This document shows positions 17,604 to 27,600 of a DNA stretch of 64,000 nt, piece by piece. The position numbers and the translations under genes were made by a program. Below the pieces are notes generated by a model that was given only the letters and a program-made list of their open reading frames with translations, searched no databases and was not told the DNA's origin. Within the stretch, counting starts at the first letter, position 1. Every line of letters begins with the position of its first letter. The DNA lies in the IMG/VR virus record IMGVR_UViG_3300044658_000141, positions 1 to 64,000 of that record. One strand, written 5' to 3'. This stretch comes from a virus.

Positions 17604-19991
17604 TCACCTTAACCCTATTCCAGTAGCTAATAATTTGGCCCAACTTGCTTGTCTTGGTAGTTCGCTTGCTGTCACCTTATACCACCATACTTGTTCATCT
17701 CCTACCGCTTTTTTAAGTGTTATTTCGATTTGCGTAATCAAGAATTGTCCATCCCATACCCCATGCTCAGGCAAGAATATGGACAATGTCATGCCGACAG
17801 CTAAGCCATCTCTACTTGTATCAAAGATGAATGTTCTTCCTGCAATGGCGTACCTATTGATCAGACCCTGCGCATAGGCAATAGCCTGATCCTCTTTCAT
17901 TCTCGGATTATCACTGCTATGATCTTCTACAGCCTCCACAATTCCAGAACCGCCTTCGATTAGAGCAAATGCAGATTGCTGAGAGATATCATCCACGGTG
18001 ATAGATTCATCAAACAAACCTGTATAAGAGACAAATAATTCATCTGTATCTTCAAGTGTATTCTGTGATGTATCCTGTTGAATCACCGCATCATCCAATG
18101 CATAATACCATTGTGCACCAGTTGCACCTTTGAGTCCGATAATTTGGGTTATACCATTCAGAATAATTATTGGCGCGGAGGCCAGAGGATAGCCCAATGT
18201 AAAGGAGGTAGTTGAACCATTACCCATAAATGTTGCCGTCTGTATTGTGGTTCCTTGCACACCTAAAATTGTCATCCGATTTCTATACAGATCATTTCCA
18301 ACATCTAATTCAAGGTTATTATCAACCTCCAGATCGACGTTTGCCACCAAGTTAGATGGCGCTGATTGAAGTATCCACGGGGCTGCTGTTGTTCCGTTGG
18401 CGCGGAAGTTAAATCGTTTATTCGAGTTGATAAACCAGGTATAGTCTCCAGATTTTGTCAGATCGTCAAAATTCTTGTTGAGGAAACTTGCATTGTAAGC
18501 GATCCTTGGTATGATATCGCCAACACCTATTTCAGGAGTAGTAGCCAGTGTCGTGATGTCTGAAATTTGCGGCGTCGCGATTGGGGTTGTCGTAGACAAT
18601 CTCTGCTGAGTATAGATAAATGTGCTGGTTACAAGATCCAATGCTGGCGTACCACTGACATAATCTCCAATTTGCACAATCCACAACTGATAGTAACGCG
18701 AGCCAATAATGCCTCCATTATTAAATAATCCCACCTTACCTGCACCCAATGGGGAACTGTCAGTGTAAGTCAGTAATTGTACTCCATCTACGTAACAGGT
18801 AATTACACTACCAAACATTGTTACGCGGAAGCGGCGAAATGTGCCTCTGGTAAACCTGACGGTGTAATAATTCGTAGTTGGGCCAACATTATATGTGAGT
18901 GCTGTTGTTCCAAGTTGTGTCCGAACGTTGTTTGCAACTTTATAAAGCGTGATCGTATTTGGTGAGCTTGTGGCCTGACCATCTGTGATGCTGAGATAGT
19001 AAAAATTGCTCTGATCAACAAATCGCCACACCAGGCCACCGGCATCTGATTGATCCAGGTCTGCGAAGAAATCTATATCAGATCGGATAATCGACGAGTT
19101 TACATAAACGCCATTGGCGCCACCTGTCAGACTAATCCTGCTATTAGCAGTATCGTAGGTGACCGTAGCCGCTGCCCCACCAGTGCGGAAGGTGTTGATA
19201 TAGTTGGCGAGCGTATTGGTGCCGAAACCATCTGAGGTTGGATCAGGCTGCGAGAAAATACCTGGCAGGTTACCGCCATTGCTGCTCGTTACGTCTATCC
19301 AGTTCACGCCATCAGTGGAAATATCTACACCAAGAGTTGTGTTAGATGGTACGTTTGCATTCCAGAGTACAGACGTGTTTCCAACACGTGGTGTGATAGC
19401 CGCTAAAGAAAGTGCTGGATCTGGATATTGTGTGACTCGAAAATGATCAAAACTTACAGTTCCGGTGCCGTTAGCACATAACGCAAATCCGCCTGAGCTA
19501 ATCTGCTGAAGATAATGTCGAAATATTTGCGAAGGAGTCAATACGTAGTTGTACAATGCGACTTCGTCGAGATTCCCAGATGCTGGTGAGCCTGCGTAGT
19601 AGATGTCCGTGTCAATCCCGATAAAATCGCCGGTGCCGCTGGTATAGACGCTACCATTCAGATAAAGCGTAGTCACACCTGTAGTGTTGGAGGCCGTGAC
19701 TACAACATATTGCCAGCCGCTTGACAGTTTAATCCAGTATTCCAGGCTGAGTGCCGTCCAAGTGGAAGGATTGAGCGTATAAGGCAAAGCGAGCTGTGCA
19801 GTTGATGAGAACAGCATGCTGGTATCGGTATCGCCTACAATGGCCCCTGCTTGGCTGTAGGTGACGCCCGAGCTGGACACGGTGCCATTGTAGCCATTAC
19901 CGCTACTGTCATTGGCTGTGGAGCCAGACAACTCGTCCAGGCGGTAATACGCTGTAGGCGAATCTGCTAGAATCGTTGACCTGTAACTCAT
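17604..19991 (-). CDS. LamG-like domain fused to C-terminal half of tail hub protein
   Basis: PTAYYRLDE..DSSGNG..LDEVALYNYVLT; C-terminus GLAVGMTLSIF..FLITQI. Confidence 0.75.
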   Translation of the reverse strand: MSYRSTILADSPTAYYRLDELSGSTANDSSGNGYNGTVSSSGVTYSQAGAIVGDTDTSMLFSSTAQLALPYTLNPSTWTALSLEYWIKLSSGWQYVVVTASNTTGVTTLYLNGSVYTSGTGDFIGIDTDIYYAGSPASGNLDEVALYNYVLTPSQIFRHYLQQISSGGFALCANGTGTVSFDHFRVTQYPDPALSLAAITPRVGNTSVLWNANVPSNTTLGVDISTDGVNWIDVTSSNGGNLPGIFSQPDPTSDGFGTNTLANYINTFRTGGAAATVTYDTANSRISLTGGANGVYVNSSIIRSDIDFFADLDQSDAGGLVWRFVDQSNFYYLSITDGQATSSPNTITLYKVANNVRTQLGTTALTYNVGPTTNYYTVRFTRGTFRRFRVTMFGSVITCYVDGVQLLTYTDSSPLGAGKVGLFNNGGIIGSRYYQLWIVQIGDYVSGTPALDLVTSTFIYTQQRLSTTTPIATPQISDITTLATTPEIGVGDIIPRIAYNASFLNKNFDDLTKSGDYTWFINSNKRFNFRANGTTAAPWILQSAPSNLVANVDLEVDNNLELDVGNDLYRNRMTILGVQGTTIQTATFMGNGSTTSFTLGYPLASAPIIILNGITQIIGLKGATGAQWYYALDDAVIQQDTSQNTLEDTDELFVSYTGLFDESITVDDISQQSAFALIEGGSGIVEAVEDHSSDNPRMKEDQAIAYAQGLINRYAIAGRTFIFDTSRDGLAVGMTLSIFLPEHGVWDGQFLITQIEITLKKAVGDEQVWWYKVTASELPRQASWAKLLATGIGLR

Positions 19992-20001
19992 GCATCACCA
20001 C

Positions 20002-21561
20002 CTAACATGGGTACCAAAGATTGTTTGAACCATTAAAGAAAAAGGTTTGCGCGGTATTCGCTGCTATTATGCAGCTAACACCGTTAGAGACGTGAGATGT
20101 TGATTGTGCTGCCATCGTAATCGAAAAAGAGCTAGCATTCACGACTACGCAAAATTGCCCCCCATAGCCAGGTTGCAAGATAACACCGGTCACGTTCGCA
20201 GTTGGGGCAACCACAATATCTGACAGCCCCTGAGCGTTAATGGTGCCGTTGGACGCCAGAGAATTGGCTGTTGTTGAAGCCGTAAAGTAAAAGCCTGCTG
20301 CGGTATTTATTCCTCCAGTCATGAAGAGATTGCCATGATTGTCCACCTGAAAAACATTGCCATTCACGTAGTCAGTTATGGTAAGAGCATAAGTTGACCC
20401 GTTGGTGCTGATATTCACACCGCCACTTTTCCCGAGTGTGTTATCTGTCGTAAGCCCTGAAACATTGAGTGTAAAGCTATCGGAACCTTTGTTAATTGTA
20501 TTGCTATATAACGCTGAATTTGATGTCTGATACACATTTGCATTGATGATATTATTGTTCTCGTTGCGGCAGTTGAGTGCATACGAGCAACTGTTGATGA
20601 CTGTGTTGATTATGCATCCCGATGCAATATTTGCTATTGCCGTTCCGCCTGATTGCAATATTTGCCCGGGGATGACAGTATCGCCTGACTGCTGGCCGAG
20701 TTGGACACCATACCCTGCATAGCCAGGATTGCCGTAAATTTCGCCCCCGATCACAGAATTGTTGTTGGCCAAAATCACCATTTGCGCGGTATCTGAGCCC
20801 TCGGCAATGCAGTTCGTGAAAGAATTACCTGTGGATTCGACAATGTAACCTACAGCAGAAACGCTCTGAGATAAATGATATGGATGGCATTTTTCGACAA
20901 GCATTCCTGTTGCATTAGGAGCAAAATGGAAGCCATGAGATGTATTATTATAGCTAAAAACGCTGGTCAAGTGGCTATCATGCGGTCCACCCATTTGCAA
21001 TCCAATGCCGTTATTATCATGAATTTTGACATGATTAATTCTGGCCTCCATCTGATCAGACACGCCAGATATCTGTGCGGTATAGTTCCAGTCGCAGAGC
21101 ATTCCGCCGCTATAGCCGTTCTGGATATCTACATATTCTAAGATAAAGTCACGTCCATAAAAACGGAGAGGGTACGATGGGCCTGCGGCCTGACCTGATT
21201 TGTTGCCATCCAGAGTTAAATACATAAAACCAAAGCAGGAAATATCCGTGGACGAACCTGAATTCATACTTGCGCTCAGATTGATCGAAGAGGTATATGC
21301 GCTAAAAAGGTCGGCATTAACCCCACTCTTGAGCTTAATAGTTGTCGCGCCTCTTCCGGCCCCCATAACCAAAACATTGCTAAGGATAGTCTGTGTCCCG
21401 GTAATATAGGTCCCAGGCGGAAGAAACAAAACACCTCCGGTACTGGAGAGCGATGAAAGTGCAGTTGCAATGGCTACTGTGTCATCAGTTGAGCCATCCC
21501 CTTTGGCTCCATATTGCTTGACATTCACAAAAATGGTTGGTATTAAATTGATGAACGGCAT
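20002..21561 (-). CDS. Tail spike, pectate-lyase-3 beta-helix
   Basis: VNVKQYGAKGDGSTDDT..GGVLFLPPGTY. Confidence 0.85.
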   Translation of the reverse strand: MPFINLIPTIFVNVKQYGAKGDGSTDDTVAIATALSSLSSTGGVLFLPPGTYITGTQTILSNVLVMGAGRGATTIKLKSGVNADLFSAYTSSINLSASMNSGSSTDISCFGFMYLTLDGNKSGQAAGPSYPLRFYGRDFILEYVDIQNGYSGGMLCDWNYTAQISGVSDQMEARINHVKIHDNNGIGLQMGGPHDSHLTSVFSYNNTSHGFHFAPNATGMLVEKCHPYHLSQSVSAVGYIVESTGNSFTNCIAEGSDTAQMVILANNNSVIGGEIYGNPGYAGYGVQLGQQSGDTVIPGQILQSGGTAIANIASGCIINTVINSCSYALNCRNENNNIINANVYQTSNSALYSNTINKGSDSFTLNVSGLTTDNTLGKSGGVNISTNGSTYALTITDYVNGNVFQVDNHGNLFMTGGINTAAGFYFTASTTANSLASNGTINAQGLSDIVVAPTANVTGVILQPGYGGQFCVVVNASSFSITMAAQSTSHVSNGVSCIIAANTAQTFFFNGSNNLWYPC

Positions 21562-21574
21562 CTTTTATGTACCT

Positions 21575-24520
21575 TTATACTATGATATTCCATGTTGAAG
21601 GTTCAAGTATTCCATCTTGCCACACACGTCCAAACAACGTTCCTGTCGATAATTCAGCAATGCGAAATCGCATGCGATACCATGTATTGATGGCAATTGT
21701 TGTGTTTGTGGTAGCCAGTGTGGTAGAAATCCCACCTGCACACTGAATAATAGAGAGGCTATTTTGTGAGGCAAGCAGACGATAGTAGTTGTTAGCATCG
21801 TTGTATCTCAATTCCATTCCTGCACTCATCGTTGACGCAGAAAGTTGAAAGCGCACCGTCCCGTCTTCATCGGTCCAGGTCCTGCTACCGAGATGCATGT
21901 GTACATCGCCAGATGTATTGGCAATAGTAGCCTCGCCATTTGCCACTGAAGTTGTACCTGTTCCTACTTGTGTATAAGACTGCCCATCAAAGGCATTTCC
22001 CCAGCCTGATGCTATCGTTCGCGTCATGCTCATATCGTTGCCAAGTGGAACGGTTGAGCGTGTGCCAGATGAGCCGGGATAATGCCCAAGGACACGCCAG
22101 GAGAGTTGTCGTATGATAGGAAGAGGAAGATTCCCCGGATTGTTTACCATCCAAATATAAATTTGCACGCTTTTCCCAGAGACATTTTCCCCGGAAGTCA
22201 AATTCGGGATCGGTCCACCATTGGTACATGCTTGGTAAGAATTACCTCCATCAACGCTCGTTTGAACATAAGTCGCAGCAATATTTGAGCCTGTGTTCAG
22301 TTCAGTCCAATAAATTACAGAATTATCTATTGTTCCCAGGCTACTGATCGATGTTTGCGGACCTAGCCAAGTACCATTTGTTGTTGTGTTTGGGGTAATG
22401 ACAGCATTGCTGAATTTGAAATTTGCCGTTTGACCACTACCAGAACTTTGAGAATAGGTGAAACCTCCAACGCCAATTTGTCCTTGCGTATATGTCGTGT
22501 CCGTTGCTGTTAATGTAGGTGTACTACTTCCGTTAAGATAGACATTATGTACTCCAGCATTTGAGACAGTAATTTTGATATGAGTAGGATTTGATCCTAC
22601 TGTTGTTTGTGCTAGTGTTGAAGTATTAGATGTTGTTGGCCCGTTCGCGCCTTTAGAGAGTGTGCAATTATTTGAAATACCGGATTGTTGGAATGCAAAT
22701 ACATATGCCGCTGCTTGGTAGTTGGGAAATTCTCCGTTACTATACCAGTATGTTTGTAGATAATAAATATGCATTTCTGACGAAAAATTATTTGTATTTG
22801 GAATAGAAACATCAAAATCAATAGAAATACCATTTGCTGTTCCTATTATTCCTGCCCAATCAAGACGAGCAGTCCCTACTTGGTTATTTGAGCTTGTCAC
22901 CTTAATATTAATACTGCATTGAGAGCTGGAAATTGATTGTGTTACTGTTGTTGTATTTGCTGGGCCATAAAATAATATTTGATTCGCTATGGAGTTATTC
23001 AACCATGGTGATGTGATAGTCCCCATTGTTAGGTCCCCGCCTGTAGATGCGGTTAATCCTGTATAAGTCCCTGCATTCCATTGAGCTTGTGTTGCAAATT
23101 GACCAATGACATCCGATTTTGTTGCGGATGGTGCCGAATTGATAATGACCTGAACATTTGAAAGAGTCGGGATAATTTCTGGATCTGCACCGCTAACAAA
23201 TGTTTCTTTCAGCGTCAGGGTACATCCTGCAACATTTGACCCTGCGGGTAAAGCGGGCAAAGTAGCGTTATTGGAACATTGCACATATGTAATACCACCA
23301 TCATAGGAAACATAAATTGTAGCACTAGAACCGCCTGAAACCCAGGTGACGCTTGAATTACTGATAAGTTTAACAGGATCAATATTGTAATTGGGGCTAA
23401 TTCTGAAGGAACTGGCTACATTGATAACTGGAATGACCGATAAGATCACGCTAGCTGGGGCATAACCCGTAATATAGGTAATTGGGGCTGGACTTAATTG
23501 TGTCGTTGTTGCGGTGGTACCAAAAAAAACTGTCCCTGAATCTAGATAGACATTTTGATAATATGCTGTATATGATCCATTTTTTAATCCTCTTAATGTA
23601 ATATAGACATTTTGAATTGTTTTGCCTGAATATGTAGCAAGAGAAAACCTCCTGACATACCATTTATCTTTGGCGACATTTGCAAGATCAGTTCCAGAAT
23701 AGTCTGAATAGCCATTTTGATCAGAAGCGCTGATAGTACTCGATCCATCTGTAAAGTTGAGTCCTAATGTGAATTTTATTTCTGGTGAGACGCTTGAAAT
23801 AAATATACTATAATTTAAAAAATCACTTGAGCCAAGTGTAAGAGAACCTGCCCAGATATTAAGTTGAATAACGGCAGTTGAAGAATCAAGAGGTAAATGT
23901 GCCTGAAACTTCAATCCGCTTACGGTTATTGGTTTCAAAGTATTATTGACAGCCTGGACATTGGTAAGTGTGCCAGTTGCAAATGTTGATGTTGTATTCT
24001 CCGTAATCGTTATATTTGACCCAGCCTGCGCTAATTCAAGCCAGTTATTGCCGTCAGCATCAACAATGCCTTGCGTATTGTTCAGAATGCCCTGATTAAA
24101 TTTCACCGCTGTATTATCCTCATGCTCAGCATAATTGGCTGCAAGACCTTCTTGGCTGAGCACGTTGCTTAATTGGTCTACAACGATTTTTCCGGCCTGT
24201 GCCGATGTGCTATAAGTACGCGTAAAGGTACGTTTGTCTGCAAACCACTCAGGTCCAATACAGTCGATGCTATGCAATATCCAGCCAGTAGGATATTGTG
24301 GCACTTCTTTGTCCGTATTGATAACGCCGAAGAAGACCGTGCCTACATTTGGATCGGTGACGGTAACTTGCTCGCCTTTCTGAAAATGCACGCCTACATA
24401 GTCGATCACGTCGCACTGAAAACGACCACGCTCCTGCAAATTGAGAGTGGCATCAAACTGATCCTCAATCATCGCTATGTCTGGATAGGTATATTGCCCG
24501 ATAGTTATAGTTGCTGCCAT
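21575..24520 (-). CDS. Tail hub/tip protein, N-terminal half with carbohydrate-binding modules
   Basis: Directly after TMP; hub-like N-terminus (VFFGVI..HSIDCIG); GGAGG RBS. Confidence 0.75.
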   Translation of the reverse strand: MAATITIGQYTYPDIAMIEDQFDATLNLQERGRFQCDVIDYVGVHFQKGEQVTVTDPNVGTVFFGVINTDKEVPQYPTGWILHSIDCIGPEWFADKRTFTRTYSTSAQAGKIVVDQLSNVLSQEGLAANYAEHEDNTAVKFNQGILNNTQGIVDADGNNWLELAQAGSNITITENTTSTFATGTLTNVQAVNNTLKPITVSGLKFQAHLPLDSSTAVIQLNIWAGSLTLGSSDFLNYSIFISSVSPEIKFTLGLNFTDGSSTISASDQNGYSDYSGTDLANVAKDKWYVRRFSLATYSGKTIQNVYITLRGLKNGSYTAYYQNVYLDSGTVFFGTTATTTQLSPAPITYITGYAPASVILSVIPVINVASSFRISPNYNIDPVKLISNSSVTWVSGGSSATIYVSYDGGITYVQCSNNATLPALPAGSNVAGCTLTLKETFVSGADPEIIPTLSNVQVIINSAPSATKSDVIGQFATQAQWNAGTYTGLTASTGGDLTMGTITSPWLNNSIANQILFYGPANTTTVTQSISSSQCSINIKVTSSNNQVGTARLDWAGIIGTANGISIDFDVSIPNTNNFSSEMHIYYLQTYWYSNGEFPNYQAAAYVFAFQQSGISNNCTLSKGANGPTTSNTSTLAQTTVGSNPTHIKITVSNAGVHNVYLNGSSTPTLTATDTTYTQGQIGVGGFTYSQSSGSGQTANFKFSNAVITPNTTTNGTWLGPQTSISSLGTIDNSVIYWTELNTGSNIAATYVQTSVDGGNSYQACTNGGPIPNLTSGENVSGKSVQIYIWMVNNPGNLPLPIIRQLSWRVLGHYPGSSGTRSTVPLGNDMSMTRTIASGWGNAFDGQSYTQVGTGTTSVANGEATIANTSGDVHMHLGSRTWTDEDGTVRFQLSASTMSAGMELRYNDANNYYRLLASQNSLSIIQCAGGISTTLATTNTTIAINTWYRMRFRIAELSTGTLFGRVWQDGILEPSTWNIIV

Positions 24521-24605
24521 ATAAACACCTCCCAACCAATTGGCTTCTGAGGCTGATTTGCGGCATAAGATGAGTATAGAACCTCAGAGGAGGGATACAA
24601 AATTT

Positions 24606-27600
24606 TCATACGTTTCGTATTCCTCCTTGAGCGCGAAGCTCGCCATGCTGATATTTCGTGACTATTTTACTAATACTCTTACCGTCCATGTCAATATGAA
24701 TTGTCATATTTTGCGCAGTTTGAGTGCCTGCTGTTCCTGGTATAGCAGGCGTGAGTTGATATACGATTGGAATATCGCCTCTAACGTTGGCTGTGGTAGT
24801 TGCGTAAGTCGCCGGTATGCCTGCTGTTCCGCCTGTACTTGTGATATGTCTGATCGTGGCGTAGATATCATCGCCGCTCTGTTTCAGCTTTATGATGGTG
24901 TCTCCAGCAGCCGCAGCGGCCTGCGCGAGCGCAGTTTTTACGTCGGTTGCCATAGCTTTTGTATTTGGGAGAAAATTTTCGATGATTTGCAAAGCAGCTT
25001 GCTGTGAGACGGTAGCTAGCGCAGGTATCTGGGATTGCATGCCGGAAACAAAATTTTGCAGAAAGTGGATGCCCCATTGGCTGTCACCGGCCAATGGACC
25101 GGCTGAAGGCTCACTATGACCAAAGAAACTTGCCGCAGAATTAGCAACCATTGTCATAGCTGAATACACCGCATTACTGATATTCAAAAGTGCTATTTTT
25201 GCTTGATCTTCTATTAATTGCAATTTATTGTTAGCCGCTTGAGCAGCAGAAAGGTCTTGTTGAATACTTTGTATATCTGATTTTGCTAATGCTGATTGGG
25301 AATTAGCAAAATCAGATATACTGGAAAATACTTGTGATATTTGTTGTGCACTACTATTCATCATTTGAACAGTAACATCCATTCCTTGTTGCACCTGGCC
25401 TTCTTGCTGTTGCGCATTTGATGACATTGCATTAATTTGAGCATTCGTTTGCTGTAATTGTGCAGACATTGCACTTGTTGCATTTTGCACACTTGATTCT
25501 GTAGAATTAATAGCAGATGAAACTGATTGTTGCATCTGGGAAATAGATTGACTAACACTAGCAATTTGCTGATTCATTTGGCTTACAGAAGAACTAACTG
25601 TCTGTTGCATGTTTGTAATTGCTAGATTTGCTTGTGAAACAGCTAAATTTACTTGCGCTGCCATTTGCTGTGTTGCTTGTGAAACTTGAGTTTGCATTTG
25701 ATTGACAGATTGTGATACCTGCGATTGCATTTGCCGAAGAGAAGTTCCTACATTACTTATTTTTTGCATCATGTTTTGTACATCTTGCTGAACCTTTATA
25801 CTCATTTGATTAACAGCATTTTGTACTTGTTGAGTCATATTATTTGTGGCATTTGTTACTTTTGGAGTATTCTGCGTAATTTGGCTGGAAAACATGCTCA
25901 TCAGATTAGGCATCCAGGTATCTGCCGTGGAAAGTGGGCCGGTTGCGGCTGGTGACTGGATACCAAGAAAGTTTTTGATGGTCTGAGCGACATTTGTTGC
26001 TGCTTTTTGCACTGTCGCAAGACCACTTGTGATGCCCTGAGCAAACATATTCATCATGTTTGGCATCCAAGTGTTCGATGTTGCCAGCGGGCCTGTGGGA
26101 GGAGGAGAGTGAAATCCAAGGATAGACGCGATTTGCTGTCCGACATTCGTTGCAGCTTTAATAACAGCCTGAGCGCCATTCGTGATGCCTTGTGCAAACA
26201 TATTCATCATGTTTGCAACCCAGGTCTGCACATTTTTGATGAGTCCGTTGAACCAATTCTGAATATTGGTCAACAGTGTAGCAAGAGGTTTTTGGATGTA
26301 GGTGGACCAGGCATTACCAAAAACAGTACTGACTTGTTTCCAGAGATTGGAGGCGGCTGTGCTCACCTGCGTTGTCGTAGTTGTCCACCATTTACTGATA
26401 TTATTCCAGAGTGCCGAGAGCGCGCTAGAGATCGCATTCCAGGCACGGCTAAAGGCTTGAGAGACAGCATTCCAAGCGGTTGTAGCGAGATTTGCCATGC
26501 TATTCCACTGATCGGTAAGCCATTGAATGGAGGTATTCCAGGCCGACTGGATGGCATTTGTTACGTCTGAAACAGACGTCTCAACAGCCGATTGAACTGC
26601 TTGCCATGCACTGGTAGCTGCGTCTTTTAAACTATTCCATTGGTCTGTTATCCAGGTGACAACATTCTCCCAGGTCTTTTTGAGCCAGGTAGTAACGTCA
26701 GTCATCACCTTTCGGATGAAATCAACGAGATCGGCAAAGTAGTAATTGTGTTGGTAGAGCCATTGAAAGTCATCGACAATGTTTTGAATGACTGATTTGA
26801 TAAATTTGACTAAATCATTCCATGCTGTTTGAGCAGTATTCTGTATTGCCGACCAGGCGTTTTTCGCGGAGGTAACAATTCCGTTCCAGGCCGATTGTAA
26901 GTTTTGCGAAATACCTGAACCAATATCAGAGAAAATTTTAGCAATATTTTTCCATGCTGTTTGAGCAGCATCTGATATCGTTGACCATGCTTGCTTGAGT
27001 GTGTTTCCTATGCTCTCTCCAATATTCTGAAAAAAGCTTCCTGCTGCTCTCCATCCCTCTTGTATCTTGCTCCATGCGGCGAGCGCTACTCCGCTAATAA
27101 TTTCCCATGCCCCTTGTAAATACGTTTTAATCCCATCCCATACACCCGAAAGCATGTCTTTAAAATCAGACCATGCCTGCTTCCAGTTGCCACCAAGAAT
27201 ATCAAGCCCGATGTTTATAATACCTGAAATGAGCGACCATGCCACTTTAACGATACCTACGATCTCATCCCAGACGCCTTTGAGGAGAGGTGCAAGAAAC
27301 GGCCAAACAGCATTCCAGACACGGAGGAATTCATCCAGATTAGTATTCCACTGCGAAATCATCTGAACAAGGATAGGAGCAATACGTTGTGTGATTTCTA
27401 CAACGAATTGACCAAGAGCAGCAACTGCCTGTGATACGTAGGGTGCCAGGAATTGAATAGCTTTTCCCAGCACATCTGAAATGACTCCAGCCAGCTTGAT
27501 GGCATATGGAATGATGGCTTCAAAAACTGGTAGCAGAGCTGAAAAAGCGCCTTGAAAAGCATTGTGTACGGTATTACCAACAGAAGAGAGTGTGCCCAAC

